Assembly (NCBI RefSeq): GCF_041905885.1
Contig: NZ_JAYRKD010000017.1
Coordinates: 1-24,000, forward strand
DNA length: 24,000 nucleotides
DNA from: Dongia sp.
GTDB taxonomy: Bacteria > Pseudomonadota > Alphaproteobacteria > Dongiales > Dongiaceae
Direction: 5' to 3'
This document shows positions 17,483 to 24,000 of this stretch, piece by piece. Numbering within the stretch: position 1 is the first letter of the stretch; every line of letters starts with the position of its first letter. The notes beneath the pieces were generated by a model. The model searched no databases. It had not been told where the DNA came from and saw only the letters and a program-made list of their open reading frames with translations. A program made the translations under genes and the position numbers.

Positions 17483-18835
17483 ATGACGCGCAAACTCTTC
17501 GGCACCGATGGTGTCCGCGGCCTCGCCAACAGCGAGCCGATCACCGCCGAGACCGCCCTCAAGCTGGCCTTGGTGGCCGGCGCCCATTTCACCCGCGGCG
17601 ACCACCGCCACCGGGTGATCATCGGCAAGGACACCCGCCTCTCCGGCTACATGCTGGAGACGGCGATGACCTCCGGTTTTCTCTCGGCGGGAATGGACGT
17701 CATCCTGCTCGGCCCAATGCCGACCCCGGCCGTGGGCATGCTGACCCGCTCCATGCGCGCCGACCTCGGCGTCATGATCTCGGCCTCGCACAACCCTTAT
17801 GAGGACAACGGCATCAAGCTGTTCGGCCCGGACGGGTTCAAGCTCTCCGACGAGATCGAAGCGGCGATCGAGGCGCGTCTTGCCTCGGGCGATCTCGCCA
17901 AGCTGCTGGCTCCTTCCGCCGAGCTCGGCCGCGCCAAGCGCGTGGATGACCCCGGCCGCTACATCGAGTTCGTGAAGTCGAGCTTTCCGAAGGGTCTCAG
18001 CCTCGCCGGCTTGAAGGTCGTTATCGATTGCGCCAACGGCGCCGCCTACAAGGTCGCCCCGACCGTGCTCTGGGAGCTGGGCGCCGAGGTGATCCCGATC
18101 GGCGTCGAGCCCAACGGCACCAACATCAACCGCGACTGCGGCGCCATGCATCCCGATCGCCTCAAGGCCTTGGTGCGCGAGCGCGGCGCCGATCTCGGCA
18201 TTGCCCTCGACGGCGACGCCGACCGGGTCATAGTGGTCGATGAGCGCGGCCATGTGGTCGATGGCGACCAGCTGATGGGTGTCATCGCCCGGTCCTGGGC
18301 GGTGGCTGGCCGGCTCAAGGCCGACTGCGTCACCGCGACGGTCATGTCCAACCTCGGCCTGGAGCGATTCCTCCAGGCCCAGCGCATCGCCTTGAAGCGC
18401 ACGCCCGTCGGCGACCGCTACGTGGTCGAGGAGATGCGCCGCAACGGCGGCAACCTCGGCGGCGAGCAGTCCGGCCATATCATCCTCACCGACTTCGCCA
18501 CCACCGGCGACGGGCTGATGGCGGCGCTGCAGGTCCTGGCGGTCCAGGTCCAGGCCGACAAGCCGTCGAGCGAGACCCTCCGGGTCTTCGCGCCGCTGCC
18601 GCAGCTCCTGAAGAACGTGCGCTACCGCGCCGGCGCCGGCCTGCCGCTGGAGCAGGCCGCGGTGAAGGCCGCGATTGAGGCCGGCGAGGCGGAGCTCATC
18701 GGCAAGGGCCGGCTGCTGATCCGGAAGTCCGGCACCGAGCCGCTGATCCGCGTCATGGCCGAAGGCGAGGACGAGGAACTGGTGGCAAGGGTCGTCGCCG
18801 ACATCGTGAAGGCGGTCGAAGCCGCCGCCGCATGA
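17483..18835 (+). CDS. glmM: phosphoglucosamine mutase GlmM
   Basis: [13 protein letters not shown], active-site loop [17 protein letters not shown], metal site [30 protein letters not shown]. Confidence 0.97.
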   Translation: MTRKLFGTDGVRGLANSEPITAETALKLALVAGAHFTRGDHRHRVIIGKDTRLSGYMLETAMTSGFLSAGMDVILLGPMPTPAVGMLTRSMRADLGVMISASHNPYEDNGIKLFGPDGFKLSDEIEAAIEARLASGDLAKLLAPSAELGRAKRVDDPGRYIEFVKSSFPKGLSLAGLKVVIDCANGAAYKVAPTVLWELGAEVIPIGVEPNGTNINRDCGAMHPDRLKALVRERGADLGIALDGDADRVIVVDERGHVVDGDQLMGVIARSWAVAGRLKADCVTATVMSNLGLERFLQAQRIALKRTPVGDRYVVEEMRRNGGNLGGEQSGHIILTDFATTGDGLMAALQVLAVQVQADKPSSETLRVFAPLPQLLKNVRYRAGAGLPLEQAAVKAAIEAGEAELIGKGRLLIRKSGTEPLIRVMAEGEDEELVARVVADIVKAVEAAAA

Positions 18836-19257
18836 GCTTGCTCCGGCGGCTGGTCGTCCTCGCCTTGCTTCTGGCCAGCCCGGCGATCGCCGCCGACCCC
18901 CAGCCGCAGCTTCTCCAAGCCGGCTTCGCGGAAGAACGCCCCTGGCCCGAGGCGGCCCGCCGCGGCGGCTATGACCAGGCAGCGCTCAGCCTCACCAGCC
19001 CCGGCCTCGCCTTCTGGGTCGACGTCGCCCATCTCCAGCAGGGCGACCATCTGGTGCTCAGCCTGAAGAGCCCAGACCGCGGTATCATGGCGACGCGCGA
19101 CATTCCTTTCAGTCGACCGACTGATCGCTTCTTCGCCTTCGCCGGTGCCAACCACCCGCAGCGCGGCTGGCAGTCCGGCCCCTATGTCGGGCGGGTTCAA
19201 GTCATCCGCGGCGACCAGATTCTCATCGAAGCGACACGCCAAATCGCCTTGCCATAG
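18832..19257 (+). CDS. hypothetical small secreted protein
   Basis: ATG overlaps the glmM stop (ATGA). Signal peptide [20 protein letters not shown]|AD. G/C-rich third positions. No family recognised. Confidence 0.6.
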   Translation: MSLLRRLVVLALLLASPAIAADPQPQLLQAGFAEERPWPEAARRGGYDQAALSLTSPGLAFWVDVAHLQQGDHLVLSLKSPDRGIMATRDIPFSRPTDRFFAFAGANHPQRGWQSGPYVGRVQVIRGDQILIEATRQIALP

Positions 19258-19297
19258 ATCAATCGGTGAATAGAGTCCGCGGGCAGGGAGTGCCGCC

Positions 19298-19567
19298 ATG
19301 CCTTCGGTCCAGTTCACGTCGCATCTCAGGAAGGTCGCACCGACCGGCAGCATGACGGTCGGCGGCGCGACCCTGCGCCGGGCGCTCGACGAAGTCTTCG
19401 CGCTGCATCCCAAAGTGAAGTCCTACGTGCTCGACGACCAGGAACGTCTGCGCAAGCATGTCGTCATCTTCGTCGACGGCGAACGTATTTCCGGCGGCAG
19501 CGACTTGATGCGGCCGGTCAGTCCCTCTGCCCAAATCTATGTTCTTCAAGCATTGTCGGGAGGATGA
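19298..19567 (+). CDS. MoaD/ThiS-family ubiquitin-like beta-grasp protein with a free C-terminal Gly-Gly
   Basis: 89 aa ending ...QIYVLQALSGG-stop. Size and pattern (V.F...L......V.G.TL..AL...., VIFVDGE) are typical of ThiS/MoaD sulfur carriers. GGGAG lies upstream of the ATG. Confidence 0.8.
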   Translation: MPSVQFTSHLRKVAPTGSMTVGGATLRRALDEVFALHPKVKSYVLDDQERLRKHVVIFVDGERISGGSDLMRPVSPSAQIYVLQALSGG

Positions 19568-19568
19568 G

Positions 19569-20639
19569 ATGGCGTCGCGTTTGCTGGTCGGCAGCCGCAA
19601 GGGACTCTTCGTCCTGGAACCGAAAGGCAGCGAATGGAAGATCGCGCAGCAGGCCTTCATCGGCCAGCCGGTCTCCCAGGTGCTCCACGACCCGCGCGAC
19701 GGCAGCCTCTACGTCGCGCTCAACCTCGGCCATTTCGGCGCCAAGTTGCACCGCTCCGATGACCAGGGTACCACCTGGACCGAGGTCAGCGCGCCGGCCT
19801 TCCCCAAGCAAGAGGGGAAGGAAGATGCACCTAGCGTCGCCATGATCTGGGCATTGGAAGCGGCGGGCCTGGACATGCCCGGGGTGATCTGGGCCGGCAC
19901 CATGCCGGCGGGCGTCTTCCAGTCCAAGGACAAGGGTGTCACCTGGACCCAGAACACTGCTTTCGACGCGATCCCCGGCAAGGCTGAGTGGTTCGGCGGC
20001 GGCAACGATGCGCCCGCTTTGCATTCGATCTCGATCCACCCGAAGGACAGCCGCAAGATGGTGGTCGGCATCTCCTGCGGCGGCGCCTGGGTCACCGAGG
20101 ATGCGGGACTCACCTGGGGCAATGGCTGCAAGGGCATGTGGGCGGCCTATATGCCGCCCGATCAGAAACAGAACCCGGCCGCCCAGGACCCGCACCGGAT
20201 CGTCCGGTGCCGCGACCATCCGGAGACGCTCTGGACCCAGCACCACAATGCCCAGTTCCGGTCCACCAATGGCGCCGCCGAGTGGAGCACGATCTCCGAG
20301 ACCTTCGGCTTCGCCGTCGCCGCCCATCCGCGGAATGCCGAGACCGCCTGGTTCGTCCCCGCGCAGAAGGACGAGTTCCGCATCCCCGAGAACGGCGACT
20401 TCTGTGTCCTCAAGACCGAGGACGGCGGCAGGAGCTTCCGCCGCATCACCGCCGGCCTGCCGCCGAAACCCTGCTACGACCTCATCTACCGCCACGCCCT
20501 CGACGTCGATGAAGAGGGCCGCGCGCTCGCCTTCGGCTCGACCACGGGAAACCTTTGGGCAAGCGGGGATAGCGGCGAAAGCTGGCGCGTCGTCTCAAAC
20601 CATCTGCCGCCGATCTACGTTCTTAAGTTCGCGCTTTAG
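19569..20639 (+). CDS. cytoplasmic BNR/Asp-box repeat beta-propeller protein (sialidase-like / Ycf48-like fold), function unknown
   Basis: ATG lies 1 nt after the upstream TGA, with SD GGAGG at 19559-19563. Asp-boxes SDDQGTTW, SKDKGVTW, TEDAGLTW, TEDGGRSF and SGDSGESW, plus a degenerate STNGAAEW. No signal peptide. The ORF-track start at 19539 would overlap the Ubl gene and is less likely. Confidence 0.85.
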   Translation: MASRLLVGSRKGLFVLEPKGSEWKIAQQAFIGQPVSQVLHDPRDGSLYVALNLGHFGAKLHRSDDQGTTWTEVSAPAFPKQEGKEDAPSVAMIWALEAAGLDMPGVIWAGTMPAGVFQSKDKGVTWTQNTAFDAIPGKAEWFGGGNDAPALHSISIHPKDSRKMVVGISCGGAWVTEDAGLTWGNGCKGMWAAYMPPDQKQNPAAQDPHRIVRCRDHPETLWTQHHNAQFRSTNGAAEWSTISETFGFAVAAHPRNAETAWFVPAQKDEFRIPENGDFCVLKTEDGGRSFRRITAGLPPKPCYDLIYRHALDVDEEGRALAFGSTTGNLWASGDSGESWRVVSNHLPPIYVLKFAL

Positions 20640-20705
20640 GACGGAGCTGAGTCTCCACGTGAACTGCAAGAGATGCCCCTAAGAATCTGAAATTGAATTA
20701 ATTTA

Positions 20706-20831
20706 TCCTCTCTCCTCGTGGGAGGGGGTTGCGCAGGCTTATCGAGGCGCGGCCGACCCCCGGGTCGAAGAGCCGGGGGCGCAGCTGGGTGAGGGGGGGG
20801 GCGCCGGCAGGCGCGCAGCGCGTAAGCGCTC
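20706..20831 (+). repeat. fourth copy of the REP/MITE-like hairpin element
   Basis: CCTCTCTCCTCGTGGGAGGGGGTTGCGCAGGCTTATCGAG...AGCTGGGTGAGGGGGGGGGCGCCGGCAGGCGCGCAGCGCGTAAGCGCTC is near-identical at both ends to 4291-4398. The inner segment differs and contains the hairpin CCCCCGG-n9-CCGGGGG. Confidence 0.85.
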
Positions 20832-21230
20832 AGGGACGTGTTTGCTATCCAGGCGCTCTGACCATCGCGCGCGCCGGCGGCGGCTCTATGGTCCCGAGCA
20901 AATGAATCGCGCCGCCGAGATCGCGAGCCTGCAGCGCTTGGTCTCGGTATCGCGGAGATCAGCCGGAGCCGCGCCGCGGGGTTGGAGTTGGCGCTTGCCG
21001 TCCAGCAGGACACGCTCCAATCCCGCAACCGCTATCTGGCGAAGACGTCGGCAAAATTAGAACTCTGCGCCGCGGCCGGCCCAGTCCGGCGCTGGGCCGG
21101 CGAGCGCTTGGAGTTCCGTGACCTACCGGCTCGCACCTACATCACGGGTCGCTTGTCTTGGAACAAAAAGTGAACTATACCCGTCGCTTCGCTGCAGACA
21201 CTCGCGTGTGTAAGTGAGATCTAGCCTCTG

Positions 21231-21310
21231 AACCCCGACGGGACCCCGACAGAATCAGCGGACCCCGACGGGACCCCGACGTCAACCAACCCCCACGGGA
21301 CCCCCACGGA
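21231..21310. repeat. degenerate ~10-bp periodic repeat (GACCCCGACGG)n downstream of azlD; G-rich on the azlD sense strand
   Basis: ACCCCGACGGGACCCCGAC occurs at 21232-21250 and again at 21262-21280. The variant CCCCCACGGGACCCCCACGG lies at 21290-21309. Confidence 0.8.
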
Positions 21311-21346
21311 ACCCGTCGACCCGGACGGAGACCGGCGGGACTGCTT

Positions 21347-21673
21347 TCAGACCGGCAGCAGCCAGCGCAGCAACAGGAAGGCGACGACCCCGGCGCCGAT
21401 CGTGGCGAACAGGTTCTTGGCGAGATAGCTGACCGCGCAGGCGACCAGGGCGGCGAGCAAGGCCGGGTTGCTCCAGCTGATGTCGAGCTTGGTGCCGTCT
21501 CCCGGATAGAGCACGGTCGGCACGATGATCGCCGTCAGCACCGCGACGGGCACGAAGGCCAGCGCCCGCTCGATGATCGGCGGGAAGCGGAAATGGTTGG
21601 CGAAGAGATAGACCGGCCAGCGGATCACCAGGTTGATCAGCGCCATGCCGGCAATCATGAGTGCGGTGTTCAT
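21347..21673 (-). CDS. azlD: branched-chain amino acid transport protein AzlD
   Basis: 108-aa hydrophobic protein MNTALMIAGMALINLVIRWPVYLF...AGVVAFLLLRWLLPV directly after azlC. ATG 21673 is preferred over the ORF-track TTG at 21694, which lies in the tandem repeat. Confidence 0.85.
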   Translation of the reverse strand: MNTALMIAGMALINLVIRWPVYLFANHFRFPPIIERALAFVPVAVLTAIIVPTVLYPGDGTKLDISWSNPALLAALVACAVSYLAKNLFATIGAGVVAFLLLRWLLPV

Positions 21674-21734
21674 GCCCCAACCCTCATGCCCCAACCCTCA
21701 TGCCCCAACCCTCATGCCCCAACCCCTCATGCCC
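21671..21734. repeat. tandem repeat, 14-bp unit CATGCCCCAACCCT x4 (last unit 15 bp) plus a partial fifth, at the azlC/azlD junction
   Basis: Units at 21671-84, 21685-98, 21699-712 and 21713-27, partial unit 21728-34. The minus-strand reading is GCATGAGGGTTGGG. Confidence 0.95.
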
Positions 21735-22527
21735 AGGTCTTCTTTTCTTCAGGCGCGAGGTGGGCGGCATCTTCCTCGGTGGTGAGCCTGAGGCCGCGCT
21801 TGCGGATATCGAGGACCACGCCGACCACAATCCCGGCCAGCGCCGCCAGCATCAGGCCGAGCTTATAGGGCAGGGGATTGGCGATGACCGCCACCAGCCC
21901 GGCGGTGACCGCCGCGGCGAAGTAGGGCATCGAGGTCAAGAGCGGCACGACGATGCCGATGAAGGTCACCACCATGGCGAACTCTAGGCCCCAGTTCTGC
22001 ACCTGCGGGAATCTTTGGCCGATGGTGATGCCGAGGAAGGTCCAGGTCTGCCAGTTGAGATACATGCCGATGCAGGAGGCTATGTAATACCAATGCGCAT
22101 TAGCCCCACCGCCTTGCGTCCGGTACCGGCGCTCCATCACCGCGAAAGTTTCGTCGGTCAGGAAGGCGGCGAGCGGGAAGCGCCAGGCCTGGCTCAAGTG
22201 CCGCACGTGATCGACCAGGGTCGCGGCATAGAGCAGGTGCCGGAGGTTCAAGACGAAAGTCGCGAACCAGACGACCCAGATCCCCGATCCCGCACCCAGC
22301 AGCACGACGGCGATGAACTGCGCCGAGCCGGAGAAGACGAACAGCGACATCGCCATGGTCGCGAGCGGGCTCAGACCCTCGCCGGTCGCCAAGGTTCCGA
22401 ACAGCAGGCCGAACGGAATCGAGCCGAACATGAAGGGCAGGGTATCCCTGAGCCCATGCCAGGCCTCGTCCAGCGGCGTCTGAGACTTCGGCGCATCGCT
22501 GCGCTCGAGCACTTCGGTCGCGGTCAT
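21727..22527 (-). CDS. azlC: AzlC family branched-chain amino acid exporter subunit
   Basis: LRDTLPFMFGSIPFGLLFGTLA, SLFVFSGSAQFIAV and NLRHLLYAA motifs of the AzlC family. Multi-TM protein followed by azlD. Confidence 0.9.
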   Translation of the reverse strand: MTATEVLERSDAPKSQTPLDEAWHGLRDTLPFMFGSIPFGLLFGTLATGEGLSPLATMAMSLFVFSGSAQFIAVVLLGAGSGIWVVWFATFVLNLRHLLYAATLVDHVRHLSQAWRFPLAAFLTDETFAVMERRYRTQGGGANAHWYYIASCIGMYLNWQTWTFLGITIGQRFPQVQNWGLEFAMVVTFIGIVVPLLTSMPYFAAAVTAGLVAVIANPLPYKLGLMLAALAGIVVGVVLDIRKRGLRLTTEEDAAHLAPEEKKTWA

Positions 22528-22530
22528 GCG

Positions 22531-23943
22531 TTAGACCACGCCCATGTCGGCGCCGACGCTCACCCCCGGTGCCGAGCGTGCCGTCTGCGCGATGATGTTG
22601 AGACCCCGCTCCAGCACGCTGCGCTCCGGCGGTTCGCAGAGGCAGAGCCGGACCGCCGCCGGTGCGGTGCGGGTGGTGGCGAAGGCGCCGGCCGGCGTCA
22701 CCGCCACGCCGCGCATCCGGAGCTCGAGCGCGAAGGCTTCCGCCGACCAGGGCTCGGGCAGCCGCATCCAGAGATGATAGGCCCTGAGCTCGGCCGAAAG
22801 ATCATGGCCGGCCAGGATCTGCCGCGCGATCTTCTGCCGCGCGATCGCCTCTTCGCGATGCCCGTCGGCGAGCTCGCGGCCGATGCCGTTGCGGATCCAG
22901 TCGGCGCCGATCTCGGCGGTCAAGGGCGTCGCCATCCAGGTGGTCGAGCGCACGACCTGGGTGAAGTCGTCGCGGCTGCCCACGGGCAAGGCGAGGTAAC
23001 CGACCCGGAGGCCCGGCGCCATCGACTTCGAGAGCGCGGTGAAATAATGGCCGAGCTCCGGCGCGAAGCTGGAAAGCGCCGGCGGCGTGTCGGCGCCCAA
23101 CAGGAATCCGTAGACGTCGTCCTCGACGATCTTCACGCCATGGCGCTGGCAGATCGCCGCGATCTCGCGGCGGCGTTCGGCCGGCACCACCAGGGCAGTC
23201 GGGTTCTGCAGGTTGGTGACGCAGTAGAAGACCTTGGGATTGAGCGTGCGGCAGGCGGTCTCAAAGGCCTCGGGCTCGATGCCATGCTCGTCCATGGCGA
23301 CGCCATGCAGGCGCACCCGCAGGAAGTCGGCCAGGCGGCGCAGGCCCGGATAGGTGAGGCACTCGGTGATCACCACGTCGCCGGGTTCGGTCAGTCCGCC
23401 GAGCGCCGCGGTCATGGCATGCTGGCCGCCGGCGGTCACGATCAGCCGCTCGGGCTCGATCGGGAAGCCGCACTCCGTCAGCCACTGCGCGCCGGCCGCG
23501 CGATGCGCCGCGACGCCGGCATGCGGGTGATAATCCATCAGCCGCGCGATGCCCGGCCGCGCGACGATGTCGGACAGCGTCTCGGCCAGAATCGAATCGC
23601 TGGTCATCGGCGTCGGGATGTTGACCGAGAGGTCGATGATCTGCGGCACGCCCAGCGGCGCCTCGATGTCGATCACCGATTGCGCCTTGCGGCGCCGCGC
23701 ATCGGGACGCACGAAAGTGCCGCGCCCGACCTCGCCGCCGATCAAGCCGCGGCGCTCGGCCTCGGCGTAGGCGCGGCTCACTGTGCCGACCGTCACACCC
23801 AGGCGATATGCGAGATCGCGATGGGTGGGCAGTCGATCTCCAGGATTGAGATTTCCGCCCCGGACATCGACCGCAAGCGCTTCCGCAATCGCCAGATAGC
23901 GCGGTCCTTGGATTGATTCTATTTCAGGTCGCCACATTGTCAT
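22531..23943 (-). CDS. MocR/PdxR-type regulator: GntR-family wHTH fused to a fold-type I aminotransferase-like domain
   Basis: N-terminal wHTH GDRLPTHRDLAYRLGVTVGTVSRAYAEAERRGLI. C-terminal aminotransferase-like domain with the PLP-lysine region FTALSKSMAPGLRVGYL. The stop lies 3 nt before the azlC ATG. The ORF opens at TTG 23979; ATG 23943 or 23937 is more likely. Confidence 0.88.
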   Translation of the reverse strand: MTMWRPEIESIQGPRYLAIAEALAVDVRGGNLNPGDRLPTHRDLAYRLGVTVGTVSRAYAEAERRGLIGGEVGRGTFVRPDARRRKAQSVIDIEAPLGVPQIIDLSVNIPTPMTSDSILAETLSDIVARPGIARLMDYHPHAGVAAHRAAGAQWLTECGFPIEPERLIVTAGGQHAMTAALGGLTEPGDVVITECLTYPGLRRLADFLRVRLHGVAMDEHGIEPEAFETACRTLNPKVFYCVTNLQNPTALVVPAERRREIAAICQRHGVKIVEDDVYGFLLGADTPPALSSFAPELGHYFTALSKSMAPGLRVGYLALPVGSRDDFTQVVRSTTWMATPLTAEIGADWIRNGIGRELADGHREEAIARQKIARQILAGHDLSAELRAYHLWMRLPEPWSAEAFALELRMRGVAVTPAGAFATTRTAPAAVRLCLCEPPERSVLERGLNIIAQTARSAPGVSVGADMGVV

Positions 23944-24000
23944 GGTGTCAATGTACCGATTGACTTCATCTGGCGTCAAGACATTATGACGTCAATCGCG

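Noticed and set aside
19539-19568. Upstream ATG start for the BNR protein (MFFKHCREDE...)
   Set aside because: It would overlap the Ubl gene by 29 nt and has no SD. ATG 19569 has a well-spaced GGAGG and gives a typical first beta-strand.
21671-21734. Possible CRISPR array
   Set aside because: The units are 14 bp and directly abutting with no spacers, and there are no cas genes. This is a simple tandem repeat.
22015-23916. 633-aa ORF on the plus strand
   Set aside because: It is antisense to the MocR-type regulator and azlC. Its composition is Arg/Gly/Ala-rich low complexity, and the minus-strand genes carry clear family motifs.

Overview
This is a high-GC chromosomal core segment. Gene order and protein motifs look alphaproteobacterial (Hyphomicrobiales-like). 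Plus strand, left to right: a small membrane ORF (a small helical protein lies convergent on the minus strand), then yebC-ruvC-ruvA-ruvB. Next comes a REP/MITE-like hairpin-repeat plus DUF559 endonuclease insertion that runs in frame into ybgC. This is followed by tolQ-tolR-tolA, a tandemly duplicated TolA C-terminal domain recast as a lipoprotein, then tolB-pal, a terminator and cpoB(ybgF). After tilS comes ftsH-folP, a 16-cysteine secreted repeat protein, glmM, a small secreted protein, a GG-terminated MoaD/ThiS-like protein and a BNR/Asp-box propeller. About 700 bp of repeat-rich non-coding DNA follows. On the minus strand at the right end lies a MocR-type regulator-azlC-azlD operon, whose azlC/azlD junction is expanded by a 14-bp tandem repeat. 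I saw no rRNA, tRNA, CRISPR array, transposase, integrase, reverse transcriptase or recognisable multi-gene defence operon. Most of the window is ordinary housekeeping. The candidates for something undescribed are: (1) the Ubl(GG)+BNR-propeller pair, (2) the 4-module Cys-rich periplasmic protein wedged into ftsH-folP-glmM, (3) the TolA-domain-III lipoprotein paralog inside the tol-pal operon, (4) the hairpin-repeat-flanked DUF559 module fused to ybgC, and (5) the G-rich tandem repeats that bracket azlD and create a chain of ATGA-coupled mini-ORFs. All functional interpretations are inference from sequence reading only; no database search was possible.
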